The position numbers were made by a program, and so were the translations under genes. Positions 27,501 to 40,900 of a stretch of 64,000 bases of DNA are shown here, one piece after another. Below the pieces are notes generated by a model, which had not been told where the DNA came from, ran no database searches, and saw nothing but the letters and a program-made list of their open reading frames with translations. Origin of the DNA: Felis catus (taxonomy: Eukaryota); assembly GCF_018350175.1 (NCBI RefSeq), contig NC_058373.1:111540001-111604000 (forward strand), in the 5' to 3' direction. How positions within the stretch are numbered: position 1 is the stretch's first letter; every line of letters begins with the position of its first letter.

Positions 27501-30500
27501 AAAAGTATAGTTCAAGTCCAGTATTTCCTTATTGATTTTATGTTCAGATGATCAATCTATTGTTGGAGGTGGGAGCCCTACAATACTGGGACCTACTATC
27601 TATTGCTGTCTATTTCTCCCCTCAGGTCTGGTAATATTCGCTTAATATATTTAGGTGCTCTAATGTTAGGTGCATATAAATTTACAATTGTTATAGGCTC
27701 TTGAAGGATTGACCCCTTTACCATTTTATAATGAACTTCTTTGTCTTTTGTTATAGTTTTTGACTTAAAGTCTATTTTGTCTGGTATAAGTATAGCTATC
27801 CCTGCTGTCTCTTGGTTACCATTTTCATGGAATATCTTTTTTCATCCTTTCACTGTAAGCCTATGTGTGCCTTTAAATCTGATGCTAAGTATTGTAAGCA
27901 GCATATACTTAGATCTTTTTTTTGTTTGTTTTTGCTTTTTGTTTATTTGTTTTAGCCATTCAGCCACTCTATTCCTTTTGATTGGAGAATTTAATCTATT
28001 TACATTTAAAGCACTTACTGGTAGGTAAACACTTACCATTTCTGGCTATTTTGTAGGGTTTTTTTTTTCCTCTTTCTTCCTCTCTTGCTGTCTTCCTTTG
28101 TGATCAGTGATTTTACTTGGTGGTATTCTTTGATTCTCTTCTCTTCTCTTTTGTATATCTACTGTTGGCTTTTGTTTTGTGTTATATGAAACATCTTACA
28201 GGTAAAACAGTCCATTTTAAGCTGATTACAGCTTAAGTTTGATCATACCAAAAAAAAAAACAAACAAAAAACCGAAACAACTCTACTCTTACTCCTTCCC
28301 CACATTTTCTGTTTTTGATGTAACAATTATACACTTTTATATTGTGTTAAGGGTTAACAAAAAATTGTATTTAAAATCTTTTAACTTTTATGCCAGAATG
28401 AAATTATTAAAACACTACCATATTACAGTACTGTAGTATTCTGAGTTTGGTTATAGACTTTCCTTTACCACTGTGTTTTATATTTTTATATATTTTTATG
28501 TTACTAATCAGCATCTTTTCAGCTTGAAGAACTTTTAGCGTTTCTTATAAACCTGGTCTGGTGGTGATGAACTCCCTCAGTTTTTGTTGCTCTTGAAAAT
28601 TCTTTGTCTCTACATCATTTTTGAAGGACAGCTTTGCTACATAAAGTGTTCTTAATTGGTATTATTTTTCTTACAGTACTTTGAATATATTATCCCACTC
28701 TCTCCTGACCTGTAAGGTTCTGCTGAGAAAGCCACTGATAGCCTTGTGGAGGTTCCCTTATATGTGAGGATTTTTTCTTTTCTCTTGCTGCTTTAAAAAT
28801 CTTCTGTCTTTGATTTTAGATAGTTTTATCATAATGTGTCTTAGAGAAGATTTTTTTGGGTTGAAACTATTTGGGGTCTTTCAAGCTGTATGAAGTTGGA
28901 CGTCCAGATATCTCACCAGATTTGGGAAGTTATTTCTTTCTGTCTCTTTCTCTTTTCCTTACTGGAGGACTCCAGTAATTATAAATTATTTATTTTATGG
29001 AATCTCATAATTCATGTAGTCTTTCTTCACTTTTTAAAAATTTTTCTGTCTTGCTCCTTTGGTTGGATAATTTCAAATGACCTGCTTCAGATTCACTCAT
29101 TCTTTCTTCTGCTTGGTCAGAAGCTCTCTATTGAATTCTTCAGTTAAATTATTGAATTTTCAAGCTCTAGAATTGCTTTTTTGTTTTATTTTTTTTATGG
29201 TTTCTGTTTCTTTGTTGAACCTCCCATTTTGTTTATGTATTGTTTTCCTAATTTTGTTTAGTTGTCTGTGTTATCTTGTAGTTACCATATTCCTTTAAGA
29301 GGATTATTCTGAATTCTTTTTTACACAGTTAATAGATCTTTATTTCTTTAAGGTTAGTTATTAGAACTTTATTAGTTTCCTTTGGTGGTATCATGTTTAC
29401 CTGATTCGTCCTGATTCTCATATTCTTATTTTGGTATTTGCTCATTTGAGCAATGAGCCTTTATAGGTTTGCTTCAGCAAGGAAAGTCCTTCACCATTTG
29501 GCTCAGCTAGAGGTTCTGGACAGGCAGCTGGTAGCAGCTTCGGGCAAGCAGTGCTTTCTCTCAGGGTCTCTAGTTGGATGGGGCCAATGTCTATGCTCTG
29601 AGGTTGGTCAGGGGACCTGCCATTGTTCTGCAAGTCAGGTGGGTCTGATGGCTGGGCTCTGCATTCAAGCATAACTGCTGGCTTGTATCTGTGTTCACAT
29701 AGAACTACTTCCTGAGCTTTGCGATCACATATGGTTAGGCAGGTTGCATGCTATGTTTCCTGGTAGGATGGTGCTGCTGGTTGCACTCTGTGATTGGGTA
29801 AGGCCACATGCTGACCTCTGCAATTGCCTCTGGTCAGTTGAGGTCCCCAGGCTGTGCCCTCTGGCCTGATGGTGCCACTGGCTGGACTTTACATTCAATT
29901 AAGGCCATACACAGTTTTGCAATCAGATTGGAACTCACTCAGGCTGTGCTCCTTGATCAGGTGGGGCTGTAGGCTGTACCCCCAAATTGGATGGGGCTAC
30001 AAGCGAGGCTCCTGTGATTGAGCAGGGTACTGGCTATGCTCTGCTATTTGACAGTGTGTCTTGCTGGACTTCCTGGTTGGGTAGGGCTGCCAGCTACCCA
30101 ACAGTTGGATGGAGCTGAAGGCTGTGCTCCATGGTCAGGCAGGGTTGCACTGGGTTCACTGGGCAGGTGGAGCTACAGGCTATGCTTTGTGATTAGGTGA
30201 GGTGGCTGGCTGAGCATTCTGTCAGGGTGAGTCTGCAAGCTATACTCAGCAATTGGATGGGGCTGTAGGCTATCTGTGCTGTTGGGTAGGGCTGTCAGGT
30301 TGGGCTCCAGAGCTGGCCAGGGTCTCTGGCTGGGCAGCCTTGTAAGATAGGGCTGGAGGCTATGTTCAACAGTAGGGTGGTGCTGCTGGGCTTGGCTCCC
30401 TACCTGAATGGAGCTGTAGAATGGGCTCTGTGGCTGCTTCAATCCTTGGTCAGGATTCCTGGTCAGGAATGGCTGGAGGCTATGAAGGCTACACTGAGCA

Positions 30501-31340
30501 GTTTGGTGGGGCTACTGACTTGCTTTCCTGCCTAGGCAGGCCATAGGATGTGTTGTATGCTGCCCATGGCTGACCATGTCTTTGGTTAGGCTTCCCTGTT
30601 GGGTGGGGCTGGAGGCTATGCTCAGCAGTTAAGTGTGCCCACTGACTTGTTTCTCTGCTCTGGTGGGCCGTAGGATGTGCTGCAGAGGCCCAGCGGCTTA
30701 GAGCTGCCTTCCTGCTTAAGTGGGGCTGGAGGCTATGCTCAGCATTTGAGCAGGGTTGCTGATTTGCTCCTTGTGTAGGTAGGGCTCGTCACTGAGTTGT
30801 CCCTCTAGCTAGGGACCCAAACCATTCAGAACTGCCATTTAAGCTCCCTGGCCAGTTGGGGGCATTGGCTCAGCTCTGCAAATGATCAGAGCCAGGAGTT
30901 GGGATCTCTTCTCAGGCTCTACCACCAATAGGAATGCAGTCAGCCGAGATCTGCACATTTGTTGCTGTGAGTCATTCTCCCCTTCTCTGTCTTGTAGCTG
31001 ATTCCCACAGTACTCTCCATGAGGCAGTACTTAAGTGGGCCTCCCAGGAAGCATCAGGAATGCTAGGGAAGCTTGATGTCCCCTTTGCTCTCCTCCTTTT
31101 CTCACTGGAGAAGGTGTAGGTCCAGGGAGAACCCCTTGTGTAGCACTGCACTGACCTGGAGGAGGAGCAGTGCAGTCAAAGTGAAATCGCTCCTCTTATC
31201 CTTCTAATGTTTTTCTTGTCCAAGGGGTTGCTTCAGCCTCACCCCCATGTTCTGGAATCTTGACAAATATTTATAGATAGTTGCTAGTTGCCCTTTCCCT
31301 GAAGGGGACCAAAGTCGGGAACTACCTATTTTGCTGTCTT
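24600..31340 (-). mobile_element. Long decayed L1 (ORF2, ORF1 and GC-rich 5' region), antisense to FUT8
   Basis: Minus-strand peptides [28 protein letters not shown] (RT region) and LNVNRLNSPIKR (endonuclease start); many stops and deletions. Confidence 0.9.
26430..26860 (-). pseudogene. COX7B: Processed pseudogene of cytochrome c oxidase subunit 7B (degenerate CDS about 26774-26555)
   Basis: The minus strand reads (M>V)FPMAK..frameshift..ALSGLPVQSIQPIMAR*..PDFHDKYVNALLASGVTFCVA..IQIRIE*NLSPVGRVIPKE*RDQ*. It is intronless, with UTR-like flanks, premature stops and deletions. Confidence 0.9.
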
Positions 31341-31684
31341 TCTGATGTCTTTCTCCTGATTCTAGTCGGTAATTAAACCGGTTTATTAAATCATTGTTTC
31401 ATATATTTTGTCTGGGTTTTCATTGGTTTTGGGCATTATGGTAAATTTAATCTCTGTTGCTTCATCTTGGCCAGAAGATGTCCTATATATCTTTTGCAAA
31501 GTGAGTATGATAATAATAATAAAAAAAAGAACAACATTCAATTCCCAAATATTCAGATAATGTCCTTTCAGATTGACTCTTTTCTTGATACATTTTAGAA
31601 AGAATAGTCTTTATTGTGTACCGTTTTTTTACTGGCTTCTCCATTACTTTTCTTTACCTACAGTTTATCCACAGTTGGATTAGA

Positions 31685-31810
31685 TTATTATATATAATAA
31701 TGTAATGTCACTTATGTATTTAATATAAATATATTATGTATTTAATATAATTATATTATGTATTTAATATATTATATATAATAATGTACTATCACTTATT
31801 TATTATGTAT
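31685..31810. repeat. AT-rich low-complexity tandem repeat (about 22-bp unit ttatgtatttaatata..., three copies)
   Basis: Direct reading. Confidence 0.8.
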
Positions 31811-32558
31811 GTTTTACTAAAATTAGATTAGATTTAATACTTAATGGAAATCTGAAATCATTTTATGCTGTTTTTTTCTTGCCTGTTTTACCTTGATGTT
31901 TTTCCTTCAGTATATGAAGAAATGAGATAAAACAGAGAACCTAGACATATCTTTGTATTGTCTGAGATTTTGTGTCATTAAGGGAAACGACATTCTTGTC
32001 TTATGACATATTGTTGTCAAGATTAATTCCTTGACTACTTTCAAGAGGTAGTAGTTTTATTCTGTTTTCAAATTATTTCCTTGAAATCAGCCATCTAATT
32101 CAGAAAGAGATTAGGAGCCAAATTTTAAAAACTAGATACCAGGACATGCCTCATTTATGAATGTACACACATTTGAGCTTATAAATTGGGTAATTGTGCA
32201 CCTAACAGCTCTACTTATTGTATCATTATTCACTTTGTATGTATACAAATGAAGGCTTTATAATTCAAATTTTGTAGCCTGAGATACTCATGATTAGAGA
32301 ATGGTTATTTTTCATGCTCCCATTCAGTGTTAACGCATACAACTATAGAATACCTTGTTACACTGCTAGAGCTTCTTTACTAAACATGTATACTGAAGTG
32401 GTATAGGTAAGTAATAGTTAATTTGGTCTCTGTAGTCTTATTATATAAAAAAATGTAAGAAAAGGTATAAAAAATCTGCGTTAGTGTCTTTGCATCAAAG
32501 GACTAAGCTGACATCTGAATTTAAGTTCTGCCAAGTATATTTTAAAAATTAAGTTCCC

Positions 32559-32772
32559 AGGACACCTGAGTGGCTCAGTCAGTTAAGCGTCCGACTTTGG
32601 CTCAGGTCATGATGATCTCACGTTTCGTGAGTTTGAGCCCATATTGTGCTCTGTGCTGACAGCTCAGAGCCTGGAACCTGCTTTGGATTCTGTGTCTCCC
32701 TCTCTCTCTGCCTTTCCCCTGCTCATTCTCTGTCTGCCTCTCTGAAAAATAAATAAGCGTTAAAAAAAAAAA
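32559..32772 (+). mobile_element. CAN-SINE
   Basis: TSD aaaaattaagttccc. Confidence 0.93.
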
Positions 32773-32999
32773 TTAAGTTCCCTTAAAATGATTGTAATGG
32801 TAAGAATACATACCCAGATATTTCGAGATTATAGCTCGTCTTTAACATGGCTGAGCCCAGATAGTTTATTGTCCTGATAGTTTATTGCCAAACACTGAGT
32901 TCTTTTATAGATTTTGGAAGAAAAATTAGCCATTATTTAATCTTCATAATAATTATGCAAATGTATGTATGTATGTGTTTATATATATATGTGTGTATG

Positions 33000-33492
33000 T
33001 GTGTTAGTTTCCTATTGCCACTATAACAGATACCACTTTGTGGCTTAAAACAATGAAAATTTATTCTCTCAACAGTTTGGGAAATCAGATGTCTGAAATG
33101 AGTTTAACTGGGCCAAAGCCACAGTGTCAGCAGGACCACATTCCTCTGGGAAACTGTAGGGGAGAATCTGTTTCCTTGCTTTTCTCAGCTTCTAAAGCTG
33201 CATTCCTCGTATTTTTGCTCATGACCCCTTCCTCCATCTTTAAAGCTAATAGCCACACAATCTTCTCCTCTCTTGGGATGAAGTCTCCCTCTGCCTCTCT
33301 CTTATAAGAACACTTGTAATTACAACCAGGGTCCACCTGGATAATCCAAGGCTATCTCCCCATCTCAAAATTCTTAACTTAATCACACATTTCAAGGTTT
33401 TTGTGCCATGTAAGGGAGCATTTGTAAGCTCCAGGATTAGGATGTAGATACCTTTTGTAGCCAGAATGGAGTACAGAATACTGCCAAAGCCA
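33000..33492 (-). mobile_element. MaLR LTR (MLT1C/D/E-like)
   Basis: tgttagtttcctattgcc..tggcttaaaacaa..cccatctcaaaattcttaacttaatcaca motifs. Confidence 0.85.
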
Positions 33493-34205
33493 TATAAAAA
33501 CAAAACATGTTAGAAACAAGTACAGTTTGGAAAGAAGTTGTACAGATATGTTAATAATGTAAACAAGAGACCCCAGAGTTGTTCTGCTGTGTTCCAACAT
33601 TTTATATTGCTAATTGGTATTTTTCATTTCTGATAGAAACAAACAGGATATTAATATTCATCTTTTTTCTGATATACTTCATCTTCTACTCTTGTCTTTC
33701 CCTTCTATAAAACCAATACTTAGTAATCTAAGGTCATGAGTTCATGAATTGGAACACAGATTTACATAGCCTGATATTGTGATTAATTAAGAAATAATTT
33801 GTATTTGCTATTTGAACACAGGTATATGTTCAGACACATGTTTTCTTATTTCCCTTAAGCTTTTTGTCACCCTCTCCTTTACCTTTGTTGCTCTTGATAC
33901 TAATGAAGAATTGACCACTTTGCCACTGATGATGGTATTTTTCTAAGTAATATGATGAGAGTTTTTAGGACACAGTTCTAAAGGTTCCTTTATTCCTAGA
34001 AGATCATAGATCTCTGAGCTAGATTATTTTTTTCTGTTTCTGTTCAGTATCATTCCATTGTTTGGAGAGAAAACTTTATTTCCTGATTGTAATGTATGGT
34101 TTGTGCCTCCTAGAGTTACCAATAAATATGTTGTAGCAAAGTAAGCTTTAATTTTGTTACATAATTTATAAGCTAAATGTTTGCATTATCTTTTCTAAAC
34201 TACAG

Positions 34206-34835
<630 letters not shown>

Positions 34836-35536
34836 ACATGCCATTCATTTTTTACATTTCATTTGGGCTTTGGTAGAGATTATAATCTAAGAATATAAAC
34901 TGGAACTCTTCTTCATTTCCCTGCTGAATGGTAAGTGACATCTACCATATTTAAGAGCAGAAGAGTACCTGAGGTTTCGAGGACAATAATTCCCAAATGA
35001 TCAACTAGAATATATCACTGGAAAATATTATTTAAAATGTATTTCTAGATATCTTTATAACCCTAAGTAAACTCTGAAGGTAGTGATGTCAGCCAGTAAT
35101 ACATTAAAATATCTTCTTGTAAATATCCTTCATATACAATCAATAATTGAAGTGGTGTATGTAGTTTTACATTATAGTACATTGGAACTCATACTGAAGC
35201 TGGCAGTTACGTTTCTAATTCAAACATTAAAAACTTTGAAATAGCACCTTTTTCAGATTTCTAATGAAAAGTTAACAGGTTTTTGATACAACGGAGCATT
35301 CTTTTATTTATTTTTCTACTTAGTTACTAGACATAAGAATCTGAAATCTCCCTAGTTAAATTTATTTCTCCTGTTTGCACATTTCTGAAAACATGCAGTT
35401 TATCTTCCATAGAAAAGAAAACCTTTTGGTACTGATGTATTCATGCAGAACACAGTATATCTGAAAATCATTATAAATACAATGAAACCTGTCCTTAGGC
35501 TTATTATATATACAAGTCTATCCCAGTAGGATTCTC

Positions 35537-35671
35537 ATGGCAATTACTGTCTCATTAGTGAACAGTAAAAGAAAAATTGTTGTATTAACACAACCTACCA
35601 CTGTGAAGAGGAAAAGAATTACCCCACAATCGAGAGATTCATATATATTTACATCATCAGCAATATTGTAG
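35537..35671 (+). other. Intronic short ORF resembling the alternative first coding exon of a human FUT8 short isoform; no donor at the expected position
   Basis: Translates as MAITVSLVNSKRKIVVLTQPTTVKRKRITPQSRDSYIFTSSAIL*. I recall the human isoform N-terminus as MAITVSLVNNKRKIVVLAQPTTVKRKRITPYK. Confidence 0.6.
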
Positions 35672-36879
35672 GGATTTTGAAATATTGCTGTGCTATTTTA
35701 AGTGAAATTACAAATAAAACCCACCAGTTTATTGGATCATTTTAGCATTAATCTATAGAAGTAAGCAGAAGGGCATTGAATCATTAGGGGCTCCTGAATT
35801 ATTAGGGGCATTGAATTATTAGGCCACGCATTCAGCAGTCCCTTTGAAAATTTTAGCCATACTTAGACCATTAGACCAAATGCTGACTAATTCTAGGCAC
35901 GATTCTGTTAATTGGAGCTGTGTGCTTGTATGCTTTACTTACTGCAATTTTATAGGGAAAGGCAGATCTGAAGAGGGTTTGAGTTGGGCAGACTATGTGG
36001 TATTTAAAGGAGAATTTTGCTATTGATTTCTTAGTGTTTAAAGTTTGAGTGATTTAATTAAATTGCTTGAATTTAATCTTCATATATTTTCTAGATTGAA
36101 ATCATTATTTAAAGAATTATTTTTGTGCATATATTTTATGACTGTATGTAGAAATGGAAAAATATATGCAAATGTACACATGAAAAAAGTTGGGCCCTAA
36201 AGTTGATATAAATCGATGTTAAATTTTTTGTAAGTTGAATTTTGTTTTAAGCATATTAGGATTCTGACACCACCTTTCAGTACATGTTAAATATTTCACT
36301 GAAAATAAAAATGGAAAGATATCCAAGTTTCCCCAGGCGATTTCTTTTACTGTCTTTAAGCAGAAATTATAAGGAACTTGGGATGCAGCTTCACAGGGTA
36401 GGAATGTAACTGCAGGCAGCTGTGGTAGAATGCAGTGATACAATAATGAAAAAGCATAGCCAGACATTGGAGAAATAACCCTACAGTTATGAATGTACAG
36501 TGGAGAGGATCTGTATGTGTGCAGAATATGCCATCTTACTGATCATTTTCAAGATTTTTAGGTGTAAGAATTAAAATTAAAACAGTTTTGTGTTTCCCTC
36601 TGGTGATTTTTAAATTACGTAAAAATCCCTGTTTCATTTTTACACTTACCCAAATATAGTGTATAGGTTGTCTAAAAGCCTGTGTTCTCCGATAAGTCAG
36701 TTAGAAGTTGAGTCTGTCAGTGTTTTCATTCAACTTTCCCTCTGAATCACTCTTGTCATCTTTTGGTTCAGAAAGACATCAATAATAGGAAAGACATTTA
36801 TGGGCTCTTGTTTCTTCAAAGGGTTTTTTCTTTCTTAGAACTTTGTTCTGATATAAACGCTGATCCTCTTTTTTTTCCC

Positions 36880-37450
36880 CTTTGTAAATCAGTTTTATTG
36901 TGACATAATTTATGTACAAATGCTTTCAGTTTTGTTAGCACACCCCAGAATCAAGATACAGAACATTCTGCAGCCCTGAGAAGTTTCCTCATGCTCCTTT
37001 GTAGTCAGCACCTCCCCACCCTCAGTCCTTGGCAGTCATTAGGTTTGTTCCTATCCCTATTTTTTGCCTTTTCCAGAATTTTATGTAAATGCAGTCACAT
37101 ATTATGTAGCTTTTTGAGTGTGGTTTCTTTCACTTGGCATAATGCATCTGAGATTCACCCATGTTGTTTTGCGTATTGATAGTTCATTCTTTTTACTGCT
37201 AAGTAATATTCCATTGTACGGATGTACCACAGATAGTTTATCCATTCACCAGTTGAAGGACATTGGGTTGTTTATATGTTTTGTTGATTATGAATAAAGC
37301 CACCATAAACACTAACATACATGTTTGCAGAAACGTATTTTCATTCCTTTCGGATTAATATCCAGAGTGGGATTTGTGTGTCATATGTTGAGTGTCTATT
37401 TAATTTATAAGACACTGCCAAACTAGATTTTCAAGTGACAGTTTCATTCT
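36880..37450 (-). mobile_element. Old L1M 3' end
   Basis: ctttcacttggcataatg..tgagattcacccatgttgt..ttatccattcaccagttgaaggacattgggttg. Confidence 0.85.
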
Positions 37451-38051
37451 AGTGATAATATATTACCATATTTCATGGTAATAGAGTCAAATTTACCTGC
37501 TGTTTTTGAACATCATTGATCATAAATTGACTGTGGCCTGTCTCTTTGAAATAATGAGGGAGATTAGCAGTTTAGAGTGATTATTTTTGTGATTGTGATT
37601 TTATTATTTGTGTCATAGTATAGGTTCAGTACTTGGATTTATAGCTGTATATATTTGTCTTTCAACCTCTGGGGATATCATTGAAAATTCTGCTTATCAC
37701 CATGTTAGGTTGCCCAAGACATATTTAACTTAACCACTGTTGCTTTGGGTCTTTTGCATTCCTTAACGTTGCCAGACATCATGTTTATGAGATAGTTACT
37801 AGAACTACTTCTTTCTGATTTTAGATTATAGCAATTATTAAACTTCAAACTAAAGGACAGGAGGGCTTACAGGGCTGATGAACTATTTCTCAATTAACTT
37901 GACTGAAATTACTGAGAAATAATCTGGTGAAACAACAATCTCATTGTCCTTGCCTGGTCTGCATCATCTCATTATCAGTAATACATAACGCAGCTTTGGT
38001 AAGACTGAGGTGAGATGTTTCCCAAGTGATAAATGCTAATTATACCTAATT

Positions 38052-38152
38052 ATGCTGATTGGCCTTTTGATATTGTGTATAGGGGTTTATGTAGCAACGG
38101 AAAGGACTTCAACTCAGATAAGGCGTGCAATATCTGGTTGCAGGGAAGATTG
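38052..38152 (+). other. Candidate alternative FUT8 first coding exon (MLIGLLILCIGVYVATERTSTQIRRAISGCRED(W))
   Basis: ATG with A at -3, upstream in-frame TAA, 101 nt open, donor TG|gtaggt in phase 2, in frame with exon 43117. Confidence 0.4.
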
Positions 38153-38974
38153 GTAGGTTAATAGCTTACAGATTTGTATAATCAGAATTGCCGTTCATAG
38201 CTATTGTGGTACAGTAGTTTGTGTTTTCCCTCTCTGTTTAAGGTAAACTCTACTAGACTGTCTTTGAAAGGTCAAAGAAATGATATTTCCACTCTTGAAA
38301 AATTAAGCTATTCTTTGTTTTTTATTTCATACACACTCACATACACAGAAGAAGGAATGAAGACCTTTGAGATGTGATTTGATTGAGACTTACATTAAAC
38401 TGGAAGGTAGATGCTCTTTCTTCAGTTGTTAATTCCTTTGGCCAAAATGTTTTTGTATGATTGTCTTTCTCCTAAGGAATCCAGGTATATTTTTAAGTGG
38501 TGCTAGAACATACCTCCAAATATCCATGGACAAAGGGAGATCTTGTCCTATGAAGTTGTCCTTAATTTTCTCATCACTTAGTCTTTATCAGCCAGATCAT
38601 GATTCTCCATCTTCCGTAAGGAGACATCTTCCCCTAAAATAAAGTTTGCATTGGAAGGAGAATCTAAAGGTGGAAAAAGACATCTCATCTAATGACTTTG
38701 ATTCTGTTTTTTGCCTCCCCGCCCTCCCGACCTTACATCTCCCTGGATGTGATTTCCAAACTCAAGAATGATTAGACATTAAAAATAGTCACTTATTAAG
38801 GATTTCCTTCATGGCAGTTATTATGATAAAGGCTCTCCATTCATTATTTTATCAGCATAGTAATACTTTGAGGCAAGCATTATTATTCTCTATTTGATAA
38901 ATAAAGTTATACTCAGGCCTAGAGAAATTAGATAGTTTACACAAGTAAGTGGCTGAGCTATTTTTCTCCAAAAT

Positions 38975-39120
38975 ATTTTTTCTTTTTTCTTTGATATGAC
39001 TTATTGTCAAGTTGGCTCACATACAGTGTATACAGTGTGCTCTTAGTTTTTGGGGGTAGTTTCTTATGATTCATTGTTTACATGCAACACCCAGTGCTCA
39101 TCCCAACAAGTGCCCTCCTC
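38975..39120 (-). mobile_element. Short carnivore L1 3' tip within MIR-like sequence
   Basis: Shares caacacccagtgctcatccca with the L1 at 63011; TSD aaatattttttct/aaatactttttct. Confidence 0.8.
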
Positions 39121-39884
39121 AAATACTTTTTCTTAATTGCTAAATACTTAGCTTCTCTGAGCTTTATTTTTCTCTTTTATGCATGGGGATATAATTCCTA
39201 TATCATAACACGTTGATTAAATGTGGGAAAATATATAAAACAACTTCCACAGTGACTGACACATTGTAGTTTCTGGTAGACTCTAGTGGGACCTGCATAA
39301 GGAAAGCCTCATAAGAGGGTATAAATAGAGAACTCTTAGATGCTTCAGGGCAAGCACAAGCAAGGGGAAATTGTCATAATGCTCAGCAGCAAGAATTTCA
39401 AGGTTTGGGACCTATACATAAGCCTGGTGGACATCACTCACCAAGTAGCATAATTATGGCCTCATATGATAAACTATTTTTGTTGTTGCTCTTATGGACT
39501 CCCCCCCCCCCCGCCCCGCCCCACCCATGTGGGCTATCAAAAAGAGGTGGCATCTTAGAATTCCTCCTTGAGACAAGGGAGGCAAAAGGAATATTGTCTT
39601 CCTCTCCGTCTCTAGATCACATTTTTATTCTTTGTACTGCTTATTTCTGCCCCAGGAGCAAATCATAGTAAAAGCAGCCTTGGACAAAACCCAAATAAGT
39701 TTTCTTGCTCTTGATCCAGATTTACCTATGGGTTAGACTCTGTAATATAGCCTCCCTTAGTCACATTTACTTCATAAATGGTAGTTCCTTCACCTGGGGA
39801 TTTTCTTGAATTATATCTGCTCTGTGCTGACCCTGAGGGTGAATTTCTATCTTTAACATTTTGTAAATTACTTTTTTTTTAGAG

Positions 39885-40110
39885 GTTTTTTTTTTTGTTT
39901 TTTTTTTTTAGTGTTTTTATTTATTTTTGAGACAGACACAGAGCATGAGCAGGGGAGGGGCAGAGAGAGGGAGAGACGCAGAATCTGAAGTGGGCTCCAG
40001 GCTCTGAGCTGTCAGCACAGAGCCCGATGTGGGGCTTGAAATCACAGAGTGTGAGATCATGACCTGAGCTGAAGTCAGACACTCCACCAACTGAGCCACC
40101 CAGGTGCCCC
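39885..40110 (-). mobile_element. CAN-SINE
   Basis: Head, body and T tail. Confidence 0.93.
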
Positions 40111-40672
40111 AAGAAAAAAAGATTTAAAAATCAAGTTTAATTTTAGTTGACTCCTGGAATAGACCAACTTATATTGAGACTGACTGTGTTATTATAAAAA
40201 ATTGGTGTACTTTTTTTTTGGGGGGGGTATATGGCCCTCTAGTTCTGTGTGAGCTTGGTTATCGCACTTTCTTGACAGAGATTGGGATGGATGTAAATAA
40301 ATTGCCAAGACTTAATACTGATATAACTTGGTAAAACCATTTTTATGTTTTCTAATTTATTAAAAGACACAAATTAGCTTTTATTCCCACTGATTAAGGA
40401 ATGGCTTGATTACTATGATGTGAAAGCATAACCATGCCAATTTTGATATTTCAGAGAATTCTCCTCTTCCAAATTAGACCTAATGTAGTTTTTACCCTCT
40501 TGAGGCCATATGATTGTCAATGAAATGTAGTGCTATTTGTCTATTGATATGTGTAGGTTTAATGTTAAAGCCATGGAAAGCATATTGAATTTCCTTTTTT
40601 CCTGCAACTGGCATTTGCTGATAGACTGGTTATTTATCCCACTGTACTATATCTCCACAAAGAGTGCTCCTA

Positions 40673-40900
40673 TTTTTTTTTTTTTAATTTTTTTTTTCAA
40701 CGTTTATTTATTTTTGCGACAGAGAGAGACAGAGCATGAATGGGGGAGGGGCAGAGAGAGAGGGAGACACAGAATCTGAAACAGGCTCCAGGCTCTGAGC
40801 CATCAGCCCAGAGCCCGACGCGGGGCTCGAACTCACGGACCGCGAGATCGTGACCTGGCTGAAGTCGGACGCTTAACCGACTGCGCCACCCAGGCGCCCC
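40673..40900 (-). mobile_element. Young CAN-SINE (SINEC_Fc)
   Basis: CpG-rich, perfect TSD aagagtgctcctattt. Confidence 0.96.

Noticed and set aside
31685..31810. CRISPR-like repeat array
   Set aside because: AT-rich slippage repeat with no unique spacers, in mammalian DNA.
1..34205. FUT8 first coding exon (MRPWTGSW...)
   Set aside because: Not found; it presumably lies upstream of the window. The next exon (NPKDCSK...) was also not seen before 64000.
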